Origin: an uncultured Latescibacterota bacterium
GTDB taxonomy: Bacteria > Latescibacterota > UBA2968
Reading direction: 5' to 3'
Length of the DNA: 64,000 nucleotides
NCBI GenBank assembly: GCA_951812755.1
Contig: OX638329.1
Span: 6,315,407-6,379,406 of the forward strand
The notes under the pieces were generated by a model, which saw only the letters and a program-made list of their open reading frames with translations, searched no databases and was not told where the DNA came from. Position numbers and translations under genes: made by a program. Every line of letters begins with the position of its first letter. The first letter of the stretch is position 1. Below, piece after piece: positions 30,281-40,702 of the stretch.

Positions 30281-31564
30281 TCACACTTCCTTATCGTATA
30301 TTTTTTCAAATACAGCATCGGGCCCGTCAGATACGCGGTTGGGATCGACGATGGTGATGCCATCTGCGCCGAATTGCGCTGTGACTGTGGCGCCTTTGCC
30401 TTCGCGCATGTATTCAAAATTGCGATCGCGGACGATGCGCGCGGCATCTACGATTGCCGTTGTGATCCGTCCGTCTTCAGCGGTGGGATAAATTTCTTTT
30501 ACATCTGATAGGGTTTCGCCCAAAAATTCGATGCGACATATTGCGACCAGTGCCACGATGATGCTATCTGTGCCATATCCCACATAGACTTCTGAACCGT
30601 CGGGGCGTTTGACGTTGCGCGTAAAGTGGTTGTTTGAACTCTGGCTGCCGCCGCCCGCGTACCAGAATCGAAATCCGCGATATTGCTGGTCGGATTCCAC
30701 TTTGCCGTCGGTGCCGACTATTTCGTGTCCCTGATTGACGGGGCCTTCAAAATCGTCGGGCGTGATCCAGTTGTTGTGAAAATAAATGCTCATGCCATTG
30801 TCAAAATCTACGCGTACCTGGACGGCATCGTAGGCGTCAATACCATCGCGTATCAGGCGTTTTTTTTGCCCTACGGCTGTGAGGGATACGGGTTTGCTGC
30901 GGTAGTAATTGTAAAATAGATCGACCCAGTGGGGTCCCACATAAGAAAAGGGGTCGCTTTCTTCTGCCCACTTAAATATGCTGGTGGATACTTCGAGGGG
31001 TTCTTCCAACATGGCGAGTCCATAGATTGGATCGCCGATGCGATTGGCTATGTCGTGCTCAATGCGCATGTGATCCGGGTCGTAGCGCTTGTGCATATCG
31101 ACCGCACATACCAGTCCTTTTTCATTGGCGAGTTCGATCATTTCATCGGCTTCATGTATTGATAAGCACATCGGTTTTTCGGTGATCACATGGGTGCCGT
31201 TGTTCAATGCTGCGAGTACCACGGGCGTGTGCAGGTTGTCGGGTGTGGCAACGGCCATGACATCGAGGTCTGGAAAGTCGCGCAAGACATCTTCCCAGGG
31301 TGTTTCGCCCCAGTAGGGTGCGGGGGCGTGTTCGGTCCATTGTTCAAAATTGGCTTTTGCGCGTTGTGCAGATGCTTCGCTGCGCGTGGCTACTGCAACG
31401 AGATCAAATTCGATGTCTGCAAGGTCGCGCGCCCAGGCGTCGAGGCCCACTCGTCCCATCAGGCCACTGATACCGTAGCGTTGCAGATCTGCAAACGCCC
31501 GGACGTGAATATCGCCGCCAAACATCCCGGCGCCAATCAGTGCTATTGTTACTTTTTTAGCCAT
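30281..31564 (-). CDS. Gfo/Idh/MocA oxidoreductase
   Basis: IGAGMFG, ATPDNLH, EKP motifs. Confidence 0.9.
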   Translation of the reverse strand: MAKKVTIALIGAGMFGGDIHVRAFADLQRYGISGLMGRVGLDAWARDLADIEFDLVAVATRSEASAQRAKANFEQWTEHAPAPYWGETPWEDVLRDFPDLDVMAVATPDNLHTPVVLAALNNGTHVITEKPMCLSIHEADEMIELANEKGLVCAVDMHKRYDPDHMRIEHDIANRIGDPIYGLAMLEEPLEVSTSIFKWAEESDPFSYVGPHWVDLFYNYYRSKPVSLTAVGQKKRLIRDGIDAYDAVQVRVDFDNGMSIYFHNNWITPDDFEGPVNQGHEIVGTDGKVESDQQYRGFRFWYAGGGSQSSNNHFTRNVKRPDGSEVYVGYGTDSIIVALVAICRIEFLGETLSDVKEIYPTAEDGRITTAIVDAARIVRDRNFEYMREGKGATVTAQFGADGITIVDPNRVSDGPDAVFEKIYDKEV

Positions 31565-31802
31565 TAAATACTCCATTCGGGATCAGGTGTACACCATTCT
31601 ACGGGATTTACGGATGGCTAATTTACAAAGAGATGGATAAAATTCAATAGGAAAGATGTACAGTGGCAATAGCAGTTTACAAAAATGCAAGGTTGTGATA
31701 CGGGTTTGAGATTTATGTAATATTGAGTATCTTTAAAAATTACCAAGAAGAGCATTCTGGTTAAATTTATTGAATGACCATAATGAAACCAAAGGAACAA
31801 AA

Positions 31803-32054
31803 ATGCAGATGATTCAGATTGAAGTACCAGAAGAGATCTTTCTGTCCTTAAAAGAGACACCTGAAGAATTTACCCAGGAGGTCCGCATGGCCGCCGCAGC
31901 TAAGCTCTATGAAATGGGTAAGATGTCTTCCGGGCATGCTGCTGAATTCGCTGGCCTGTCGCGTATCCAGTTTCTTCAAAATATGGGTCACTACGGCGTG
32001 TCCGTATTTGATATGACAGATGAAGAATTAGAACAGGACCTCCAAGATGCCTGA
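31803..32054 (+). CDS. UPF0175-family antitoxin
   Basis: AAKLYEMGKMSSG.AAE.AG.SR..FL motif. Confidence 0.85.
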   Translation: MQMIQIEVPEEIFLSLKETPEEFTQEVRMAAAAKLYEMGKMSSGHAAEFAGLSRIQFLQNMGHYGVSVFDMTDEELEQDLQDA

Positions 32055-32109
32055 GGTCGTGATCAGCAATACATCGCCGATCTTTTACCTGCATCAACTA
32101 CGAAAGTAA
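32047..32109 (+). pseudogene. 20-codon remnant of DUF3368/PIN-type toxin
   Basis: MPEVVISNTSPIFYLHQLRK* overlapping the antitoxin stop. Confidence 0.7.
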
Positions 32110-32217
32110 AAGTCAAAAAGGGAGTGGATTAAATCCACTCCCTTCTTTTAAGAATTATATATGAAAGCAACCATTGCATAATTCTCTGAGGGTGAGAGGG
32201 GGATGACCTGCGAGTGC

Positions 32218-32661
32218 TCATTTATTGTTTGACGCACTTCCATTTTGTTCTTCTATTGCAGCACGGATGGCTCTTATATCAACATCTGGATACATTTTTT
32301 GAACTGCTGCTATAGTTTCTTCATATCCCCTTCTTTGCCCTTCCTTAAAGCGTGTTGCGAGATATTCTTCCGTTCTGGTACGGATTTTTTCGCGGATTTT
32401 TTCAACTGGAATGATCATAAGATTGACCCCCTCTATAATGAAGAATGCTAAAGTGACAGCAAAAAGACCCGCCGATCCGATAGTGCTTATTGCATGAATA
32501 ATTGTTCCATACTCAAATTCGACAATTTTGTGCCAATTGTGCCAGAGGACCAGTATCAGTGAAGGATAAAAAAATACCGAGGCTAAGAGTATCAACCATG
32601 TTCTTTCTGTGTCTCCAGTACTCCAAATAGACACTCTTTCTTCGTCTGTTTTATCTGCCAT
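32218..32661 (-). CDS. Hypothetical two-TM membrane protein with helical C-terminus
   Basis: Two hydrophobic segments, KEGQRRGYEE motif; AT-rich. Confidence 0.6.
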   Translation of the reverse strand: MADKTDEERVSIWSTGDTERTWLILLASVFFYPSLILVLWHNWHKIVEFEYGTIIHAISTIGSAGLFAVTLAFFIIEGVNLMIIPVEKIREKIRTRTEEYLATRFKEGQRRGYEETIAAVQKMYPDVDIRAIRAAIEEQNGSASNNK

Positions 32662-32921
32662 CCCTATCACAGCCTCTTTTCTTGGATATACTCCCTCTCC
32701 ATGAAGATAGGAAAAATACTTTTCTAACACAATTAAGAACTTGATCTATTCCAAAAGCTGTTGTGTCATGCGGCCATCAACATTCGGGTAGGAAACCCGT
32801 ATGTCGGGTGGCCTGATTAGAAATTGGAGAAAAATGAGGGAGTGGATCTAATCCACTCCCTATTTGATTATTATTTTCAGGGGATGAAGTATATAATGTC
32901 TCTATTATTTTCTATACTCTC

Positions 32922-33701
32922 TCAGACATGTGCGCGCAAGAATGATAGGTCAGCCTTTGCTGCTGTCCAGAGGTCGTTCATATTTTCGCCGGGTTCGCGC
33001 GTTCCTTTGGAAAATTCGACGGTGATGGAGCCGGTGAATTTGTATTCAGCCATGAGGTCCAGTGCCGTTTGAGCGCGTTCGGGATGGTCATTAAGCAAAT
33101 GGACATTGCTGTTTTCATCGCGCAATTGCGTGTGGGCGTGCGTGACTTTGGGTCCAAAGAGGTCAAACCATCGCTTTAAGATGTCCATCTCGGGGATGAA
33201 GCAGTGTACGATGATTTCCCAGCCTTCAACGCTTAGATCGTCGAAGAATGCCCTGGCGTCATCGGGGTCTTCAACTATTGTGCCCGGGTGGCATTCGCAG
33301 AGCAATGTACAGGTTTGCGGAACTTGTTCGCGCCAGGCGCGCAGGTTGTTCAAATAGGTGTCGCGCAGAGCAGGGTCTTTGCCCACGTTGAATTTCACAC
33401 CGACTGAGCCGAATAGGTCAATCATTTCTGCCGCGTGTTGGCGCGCATCGGCAGAGGGATCATCAAAATCGCAATACGTGTTGTAGATTGTTGCGGGGAA
33501 ATTAGAGGATAACAATTTTTCGCGCTCGATGTCTGAACACAATGTGGCGTGATATTCCCAGAGTTCCATTCCATCAAATCCGGCTTCCCGAAATCGGTCG
33601 GTCCAATCGCTTACTTCGTAAGACGGTGTTTTGGGATTGCCCCAGCGATTGAGGTCCAGGAGTATGGAGCCGATTAAAATTTGGCTATTGCGATTTGACA
33701 T
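32922..33701 (-). CDS. Sugar-phosphate isomerase/epimerase TIM-barrel protein
   Basis: AGFDGMELW, ECHPGT, H.H, VEF motifs. Confidence 0.75.
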   Translation of the reverse strand: MSNRNSQILIGSILLDLNRWGNPKTPSYEVSDWTDRFREAGFDGMELWEYHATLCSDIEREKLLSSNFPATIYNTYCDFDDPSADARQHAAEMIDLFGSVGVKFNVGKDPALRDTYLNNLRAWREQVPQTCTLLCECHPGTIVEDPDDARAFFDDLSVEGWEIIVHCFIPEMDILKRWFDLFGPKVTHAHTQLRDENSNVHLLNDHPERAQTALDLMAEYKFTGSITVEFSKGTREPGENMNDLWTAAKADLSFLRAHV

Positions 33702-33787
33702 GTTGTGTCTCCATTACGATACAAAGCGCGAATCAACGAATCAACGAACCCCGCCCATCCCCCCAAAGCATGTGCTGACATGATGTA

Positions 33788-33942
33788 ACTGACGTTACGC
33801 AGATCTGTGTTTGTGTCATGCTGAGCGGAGTGGAACGGAGCCGAAGCATCTGTTCCACCTGCGTTGGTAGTAGATTTTTCGACTCCGCTGCGCTCCGCTC
33901 AAAATGACAGGCCCATGGTATTATGCGGTTGCGTAACATCAG
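33788..33942. repeat. Repeat with CTGA(C/T)GTTACGCA inverted ends, related to the MITE A interior
   Basis: CTGACGTTACGCA..TGCGTAACATCAG enclosing GTCATGCTGAGC/GCTCA..ATGAC hairpins. Confidence 0.65.
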
Positions 33943-34053
33943 TGATGTAAGTCAGTATCAGTATGTATTGCCATTCGTCTATGAACTGGCCTGAGAGGCG
34001 GCCAGTTGTACACCGCTCCGTCTATTCGTCTATTCGTAGATTTCCCTACCTAT

Positions 34054-34920
34054 TTACGGACTCCAATTTCTCATCAACCGACGCCAGACTTTTATGATCT
34101 CGTTCTTTTCCCGAATAGCATCCTGCCAGATGTCGGGGAAACAGGCAAGCGCGTATCCAGAGCCTTGTGGACCCAGTTCGGGTACGATATAGAGGGTTTT
34201 GCCAGGTTTCGCGCCCTGTAACCACGCTTCGAGAGCGGGTTCGAGATAATTCGTCAACCAGACCTTAAAATCGCGATCCAATCGCCCTTTGCCATTTGTC
34301 ACCGGGGTCTGACAATGGCTGCCCGTGAAGGGACGAAAATGGATGAGTTCGTGCTTATGCAAGAGGTCGGTGCGCTCCGATAGCCGTTCCCAGTATTCGT
34401 GCGGACGGAGTTGTTTGATGATTGCCGGGTGCGAGTGGTCGAAGTTCATCCGCAGTTTCTTTTTGTGTTTTTTTTGGTACGCATCGGCGAGTGCAAATGC
34501 CTTTTCTGGCGTTTCTGTGCATGTGTCGCGATGGATCTCGATTGCGGGTTTGACTTTGTGCTTTTTGCCGGCTTTGACGACTGCTCGCGCGACTTTTACC
34601 GCGTCTTTTGTTTTTGTGTCGTGATCGCACAGTTGGACGTTGATGTGAACCACGCCTATGTCGGCAAATGCTTTCATTTTTTTATCGGCTTCTTTCTTGC
34701 TGCCCACATCTACCCCGCCTACCATTTCCATTTTGTTGTTTTGCAATTCGGCGGCCAGTTCTGCATCGGCTCCAGACGACATGCCGTGAAATCCCGCTTC
34801 TTTTACTCTCCGCACTTTGGTCCGAATGGACCAGGGATTTCTCGCAGAAGGGTAGTCTCTCAATGACCAGTCTGCTGCCATGATTTTAATTCTTGGTTTT
34901 TGAACGGGTTTTTTTGCCAT
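34054..34920 (-). CDS. Xylose-isomerase-like TIM-barrel protein
   Basis: EIHRDTCTE, FDHSH, H.R, PELGP motifs. Confidence 0.75.
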   Translation of the reverse strand: MAKKPVQKPRIKIMAADWSLRDYPSARNPWSIRTKVRRVKEAGFHGMSSGADAELAAELQNNKMEMVGGVDVGSKKEADKKMKAFADIGVVHINVQLCDHDTKTKDAVKVARAVVKAGKKHKVKPAIEIHRDTCTETPEKAFALADAYQKKHKKKLRMNFDHSHPAIIKQLRPHEYWERLSERTDLLHKHELIHFRPFTGSHCQTPVTNGKGRLDRDFKVWLTNYLEPALEAWLQGAKPGKTLYIVPELGPQGSGYALACFPDIWQDAIREKNEIIKVWRRLMRNWSP

Positions 34921-34956
34921 GTAATACCTCCGCGACGATGAATATAAGTTCAGGTT

Positions 34957-36414
34957 TTACATCGGTCCAATGCGTTCTGGTCCTCTGTCCATTGCGAGCA
35001 TTGATGCATCAAAACTGCGCTGCATTAAGTCGAGTTTTATGTCTGCATGATCGGGACTGTCCCAAAGATTGTCAAATTCCTCTGCATCCTCCTGTAAGTC
35101 GTAAAGTTCGCCCAGGCCGTGTCCGTGATAGACCACGAGTTTGTAGCGTCGGTTGCGATACATTGTGGCAAAAGTTCCGTCGGCTTGATCGAGTGCATCG
35201 TAATATTCACAGCGCACAAAATCGCGGTGTTCGTCGAGGGGTTGATTCCCACTGAGTATGGGGGATAGAGGATGCGATTGCATTCGTTCGGGCACTTCTA
35301 TGCCAGCCAGTTCCAATAAGAGGGGCGCTATGTCGCGCAATTCGACGAGTGCGTCGCTTTTTTGTTCCGATTTTACGTGACCAGGCCAGGAAAAAATGAG
35401 TGGTACGCGCACCAGACCTTCGTAAAAACGGCATCCTTTTTGAATTAACCCATGGTCTCCCAGGGTTTCGCCGTGGTCGCTGGTGAAGATAATCAATGTG
35501 TTGTCGCGCTGTCCAGTTTCTTCCAATGCGGCAATTATGCGCCCGAGTTGATCGTCAATTAGTTTGATCATGGCATAATAGGCGGCGATCAGGGTTTTTG
35601 CATCGCGTTTTCCGGCTGTCTCTGACTCGTGCAGTCCGCGCGTCGGTGTTTTGGGGATCACGGGGCTTCCGATATCCAATTCACTGGGATGCCGTCCTTT
35701 GGACTGGAAGTCTATGGCTTGCAGCTTTTCTTGTTGCGCGAGATCGCTTTCTCGAAATAGGGGACCGTTTACCTGTTCGGGATCGAACATATCGCGGTAC
35801 GTTTTAGGCGGATTAAATGGCGGGTGCGGGTCGTAGATGTTCACAGAGGCCAACCAGGGACCATCGCGCTGTTCGCTCAAAAATTCGATGGTTTTTTCCG
35901 CGCACCACGTCGTCTGGTGCAGTTCTGCGGGTACGCCATCGGGACTTTTGATGAGTTCGCCCAATATCTCGCCTTTTGATCGCACCCAGTCGGCATAATC
36001 GTGTCCGGTTTCCCAATCGTCCCGGGGCCCGTGGCTGTATTGCCAGTATCGATATCCGTCATCTGTTCTTTTTTCAATGCGTCCATGCGCGCTCGACAAG
36101 TGCAATTTACCGATTAGTCCGCAGTCGTATCCATTGTCTGCGAGTATTTTGGTGACCAGGGGTGGTGTGTCTGGAAAATGCGAGTTGCCATTGCCGTTTA
36201 CGTGTACGGCGCTGGCGTATTGTCCGGTCAAAAAACTCGTCCGACTGGGTGTGCAGATCGGACTCTGGCAATACGCATGGGTAAATGCAAATCCTTCGGC
36301 GATCAGGCGGTCGATATTGGGAGTATCTACATGGGGATTGCCCAGTGCGCCAATGGTGTCATATCGCTGTTGGTCTGTACAGATCCACAAGATGTTTGGT
36401 CTCGTTCCTTTCAT
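34957..36414 (-). CDS. Formylglycine-dependent sulfatase
   Basis: RPNILWICTDQQR, CTPSR, GKLH, SDHG. Confidence 0.95.
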   Translation of the reverse strand: MKGTRPNILWICTDQQRYDTIGALGNPHVDTPNIDRLIAEGFAFTHAYCQSPICTPSRTSFLTGQYASAVHVNGNGNSHFPDTPPLVTKILADNGYDCGLIGKLHLSSAHGRIEKRTDDGYRYWQYSHGPRDDWETGHDYADWVRSKGEILGELIKSPDGVPAELHQTTWCAEKTIEFLSEQRDGPWLASVNIYDPHPPFNPPKTYRDMFDPEQVNGPLFRESDLAQQEKLQAIDFQSKGRHPSELDIGSPVIPKTPTRGLHESETAGKRDAKTLIAAYYAMIKLIDDQLGRIIAALEETGQRDNTLIIFTSDHGETLGDHGLIQKGCRFYEGLVRVPLIFSWPGHVKSEQKSDALVELRDIAPLLLELAGIEVPERMQSHPLSPILSGNQPLDEHRDFVRCEYYDALDQADGTFATMYRNRRYKLVVYHGHGLGELYDLQEDAEEFDNLWDSPDHADIKLDLMQRSFDASMLAMDRGPERIGPM

Positions 36415-37262
36415 GAATGCTCCTTTTCGCAATCTACTAATTTTACGCCGTCTTTCATCCATTCGCGCAGGCGCGTTATGTCATTTACGGCTCGCAATGC
36501 GATGTTGCGCGATGCCTGATGGAGGTCTAATTTTCGGATTATAATTTCGTTGGTGAATATGCCAGCCTCTGCTATGACATTGCCATTTGGGTGGATGATT
36601 TTTGATTCGCCGTGCGAGGATCCCGCGCGGTTGATATCCAGGGGGTCGGCGGGGGCGTTTGCCATGATTACGTAAATATCATTTTCGGTTGCGCGGCTGA
36701 TGGGCATGGCGCGATAGGCCGACAATTTGTGCTCTGAGGTGACAGAGCTTTCACAACTGGCGAAGAAGCAGATTTTTGCACCGGCTGCGGCGGGCAATCT
36801 CACGAGTTCGGGATATCGTATATCGTGACAGATTAAAAAACAACATGGTACGCCGCACAAGTGATAAATGGGCAGGTGTTGCGCGGGTTCACACCATTTT
36901 TCTCCCGCCAGATGTATTTTGCCATAGCGTCCCTGTATTGTGCCATCCCGATCTATGACGAGCAGGCTGTTGTAGCGGTGTTCATCTTCGAGATGGGTTG
37001 AGCCGATGATTGCGGCAATGCCTTTTTCACGGCATACGTGAGTAATCTGTCGTTCGGCTTTTTCAATGCGCGTTTGATCCAGGGTTGACCAGAAGTCGGG
37101 GCAGTTGGAATAGCCGTATAAAATCCCTTCGTGAAATGCGGCTATATCCACTTTTTTACGCGCACAGGTGTTCAGGCGGTCGATAATCTCGTATGTGTTT
37201 TTTTCGATGTTCTCATCGGCATGCATTTGACATGCGGCAACGCGCAACGATTTTTTGGGCAT
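36411..37262 (-). CDS. Carbon-nitrogen hydrolase (nitrilase superfamily)
   Basis: E-K-C triad: FHEG, YGKIHL, ICHDIRYPE. Confidence 0.9.
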   Translation of the reverse strand: MPKKSLRVAACQMHADENIEKNTYEIIDRLNTCARKKVDIAAFHEGILYGYSNCPDFWSTLDQTRIEKAERQITHVCREKGIAAIIGSTHLEDEHRYNSLLVIDRDGTIQGRYGKIHLAGEKWCEPAQHLPIYHLCGVPCCFLICHDIRYPELVRLPAAAGAKICFFASCESSVTSEHKLSAYRAMPISRATENDIYVIMANAPADPLDINRAGSSHGESKIIHPNGNVIAEAGIFTNEIIIRKLDLHQASRNIALRAVNDITRLREWMKDGVKLVDCEKEHS

Positions 37263-37417
37263 GTCTTCCTCCAGATCAATAGTCGGTCGCAGAATATAAT
37301 CACTATTTGTGAGAAATGAAGGAATTTTTAGTTGCGGGGTAATATTTGGTTTGAAGTGTTTTGTGTGATATATTGTGGCGTTGGAATTGAGAACTGACAA
37401 TTGAGAGGAGTTAATTT

Positions 37418-38998
37418 ATGACCAGAATAAATCTGGAACGCTATAATATCACCAGGCCGTTTATTTTGCGGAATGCTTCGCCAGCGGTACTTTACGAAGA
37501 GGCACTGACCCACGAGACCGGATCGACTATTACGAGTACTGGGGCACTTATTGTGCGTTCGGGAGAAAAGACCGGGCGCAGTCCAGAGGACAAGCGCATT
37601 GTGAATCATCCCGATAGTGCGGACGATATCTGGTGGGGTGAGGTCAATATCAAACTCGATGAGCGCACGTTTCTCGTCAATAGAGAGCGAGCTATCGATT
37701 ATCTCAATGTTTGCGATCGCATCTATGTGGTTGACGGTTATGCGGGTTGGGATCCCAAATATCGCATTAAGGTACGCGTTATTTGCGCCCGCGCCTACCA
37801 TGCTCTGTTTATGCACAATATGCTTATGCGTCCCTCGCGCACAGAACTCGAAAATTTTGGCGAGCCGGATTATGTCATTTTTAATGCGGGCAGGTTTCCG
37901 GCGAACCGATATACGGCTGAAATGACCTCGACGACGAGTGTGGATGTGAGTTTTGAAATGCGAGAGATGGTTATTTTGGGGACGGAATATGCGGGGGAGA
38001 TGAAAAAGGGTGTTTTCACGGTTCTCAATTATATTTTGCCCAGGCAGGATATTTTTTCGATGCATTGCTCGGCCAATGTGGGTGCAGCGGGTGATACGGC
38101 GCTCTTTTTTGGTCTGTCGGGCACGGGAAAGACCACGCTCTCAGCCGAACCACGGCGCCGTCTTATTGGCGATGACGAACACGGGTGGAGCGATCGCGGT
38201 ATTTTCAATTTTGAGGGCGGTTGTTACGCCAAGTGCATTGGCCTTTCGCAAGCGCGCGAGCCTGAAATTTACAATGCGATCCGTTTTGGGACGGTGCTCG
38301 AAAATGTCGTTTTTGACGAGAATACGCGCGTGGTTAGTTACGATGATGATTCTATTACAGAAAATACGCGCGCGGCTTATCCCATCGAATATATTCCCAA
38401 TGCACAAATTCCATGTGTGGGTGGTCATCCCAAAAATGTCATCTTTTTGACCTGCGATGCGTTTGGTGTTTTGCCTCCGGTGAGCAAGCTCACGCCCGCA
38501 CAGGCGATGTACCATTTTATCAGCGGTTATACGGCCAAGGTCGCGGGTACAGAAATGGGTGTCACCGAGCCGCAGGCTTCTTTTTCGGCTTGTTTTGGCG
38601 CGCCTTTTCTCGTGTGGCATCCGGGGAAGTACGCCGAGCAACTGGCAGAAAAAATCCAGCAACACAATTCGGATGTGTGGCTGGTCAATACGGGCTGGTC
38701 GGGCGGTGGCTACGGCGTTGGCAAGCGCATTACACTGACGAATACCCGCTCAATTATTCGGGCGATACACAATGGTGCTTTGACAGATGTGGCGTGCGAA
38801 ACAGATCCGCGCTTTGGTTTTGAGGTTCCCAAAACCTGTCCAGATGTTACGGGCAGTATTTTGTCGCCGCGTAAGACGTGGTCCAATCCGTCTGAATACG
38901 ATGCGAGAGCCACGCATCTGGCGCGGTTGTTTAAGGAGAATTTTGTGCAGTTTGAAGATGGGGTTAGCGATGAGATTTTAAAGGCGGGTCCTGTTTGA
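37418..38998 (+). CDS. pckA: Phosphoenolpyruvate carboxykinase (ATP)
   Basis: [29 protein letters not shown]. Confidence 0.97.
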   Translation: MTRINLERYNITRPFILRNASPAVLYEEALTHETGSTITSTGALIVRSGEKTGRSPEDKRIVNHPDSADDIWWGEVNIKLDERTFLVNRERAIDYLNVCDRIYVVDGYAGWDPKYRIKVRVICARAYHALFMHNMLMRPSRTELENFGEPDYVIFNAGRFPANRYTAEMTSTTSVDVSFEMREMVILGTEYAGEMKKGVFTVLNYILPRQDIFSMHCSANVGAAGDTALFFGLSGTGKTTLSAEPRRRLIGDDEHGWSDRGIFNFEGGCYAKCIGLSQAREPEIYNAIRFGTVLENVVFDENTRVVSYDDDSITENTRAAYPIEYIPNAQIPCVGGHPKNVIFLTCDAFGVLPPVSKLTPAQAMYHFISGYTAKVAGTEMGVTEPQASFSACFGAPFLVWHPGKYAEQLAEKIQQHNSDVWLVNTGWSGGGYGVGKRITLTNTRSIIRAIHNGALTDVACETDPRFGFEVPKTCPDVTGSILSPRKTWSNPSEYDARATHLARLFKENFVQFEDGVSDEILKAGPV

Positions 38999-39034
38999 GA
39001 AGTGATTACAAAATGAAAAAAAGACAAGTTACTA

Positions 39035-40204
39035 AGTAGTCATTCATGAGTTTTTTGGTATAATGAGAGTCTGAGAAATGGCTATATTCAAGAGCCATTC
39101 CTCCCTGTCTATGCCAGTCAGGGGTCAAGACCTATCCGCTCTTATTGATGAGGTGGTTATGAAAGTTGCCACGAAATTTGTCTCAGCCTTGACGCCTGAG
39201 GAGATGACGCACTTGCAGCATCTTCTCGACACGGCGGCCGCCAAACGGGTTCGCAGACGTGCCCACAGTATTTTGTTAAGTTCACAAGGTCAAAGCATAG
39301 ATGAGATTGCCCGCATTTACCGCGTGCATCGAGACACCGTATCTGCTTGGATCGATAGATGGACCACCACCGGGCTATCAGGCTTGTATGATCAGCCTCG
39401 CAGTGGCGGTCCTCCCAAGCTGAATGAGCAAGAACAAGCCGTTGCCCAAGCCCTCATTCAGGCGCATCCGCAAGCTCCCAAGACAGTCTTAGGACTCTTA
39501 GCGGAAAAGACTGGGAAAACCATCAGCAGTTCCAGCCTGCGACGGATTGCCAAACGAAGCGGTTTACGTTGGAAACGCGTGCGAAAATCTGTGAAATCCA
39601 AGCGAGATGAACAGGCGTTTCGCACCGCGCAGCAAGAGCTTGAAACATTAAAAAAAACATCGCGTTAAAGCCCTTGACCTCTTCTACTTTGATGAGGCTG
39701 GCTTTTCGCTTGATCCGGCCATTGCTTATGCCTGGCAACCTGTGGGGCAAACGCTGGAAATTCCAGCCGCAAAAGGCAAGCGTCAAAACGTCTTAGGATT
39801 TTTCAATCTCGACAATGATCTGATCTCCTTTTGTGTGGCAGGCTGTGTCAATACCGACCTTGTGATTGGATGCTTTGATGCCTTTAGCCAAACGCTGAAG
39901 CGAAAAACCGTCGTTGTGCTTGATAATGCGTCCATCCATCGGTCAGCGGCCTTTCAGACACAGGTGCCGATTTGGGAGCAGAAAGGACTCTTTCTTTATT
40001 TTTTACCCGCGTATTCTCCAGAATTGAATCTCATCGAAATCCTGTGGCGTTTGATCAAGTATTCTTGGCTCCCCTTTTCGGCTTATGTGAGTTTCGATGC
40101 CCTCAGCAAGGCCGTTGAAGATATTCTCATGCAGGTGGGGACGAAATATCAAATCGCTTTTCAATAACGGTTGCATTATACCACAAATATCATGGATAGA
40201 TACT
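39035..40204 (+). mobile_element. IS630-family insertion sequence
   Basis: TA duplication (39033-34, 40205-06); imperfect TIR AGTAGTCATTCATGA / AGTATCTATCCATGA. Confidence 0.9.
39159..40167 (+). CDS. IS630 transposase in two frames (HTH 39159..39668; DDE 39658..40167) joined at an A8 run
   Basis: FDEAGF, VLDNASIH, LPAYSPELNLIE motifs; A8 at 39650-39657 needs +1 shift. Confidence 0.9.
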
Positions 40205-40702
40205 TATCAAAGATATTGCAAGAAAGCTGGGGATTTCGCATTCAACAGTTTCTCGGATCGCATTGGGATGATGACACCCCGCTTTCAGACCGGGGCAAGG
40301 GATATGGCCTGGCGATGCGAGATTACGGTCTGACGCCCAATTACACACCTGTCCCTACCATCCGTGCAGAATCGGGATACCATCTGGGCAAAGAACTCGG
40401 TGATCGGTTTACGGCTCTTGTGTGTCGGGACGATTATACGGCTATGGGCGTTTGTAGAGGGCTACAGGAATTGGGTATTCGCATACCCGACGATGTGGCT
40501 GTGGTTGGGTATGGAGATATTGATGCAGCGGCTCATATGACGCCAGCACTGACTACACAGGCAATCCCTTATGGGGCGATTGCCGAAGGTGCGATGGATC
40601 TAATGCTGGAACAACTTCAGGGGCAGGATGAGCCTCGTCAAGTGACCTTGAAATCTAAGCTAATGGTGCGGGAATCCTGCGGGGCGAATATTTGAGGAGA
40701 GG

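Larger units (their letters stand above)
39013..40695 (+). pseudogene. LacI-family regulator split by IS630 and internally deleted
   Basis: Removing IS gives MKKRQVTIKDIARKLGISHSTVSR; out-of-frame C-half RIPDDVAVVGYGD..PALTT..L.VRESC. Confidence 0.85.

Noticed and set aside
40171..40260. Start of a 174-aa stand-alone ORF
   Set aside because: Begins inside the IS630 end; it is the C-terminal remnant of the LacI gene
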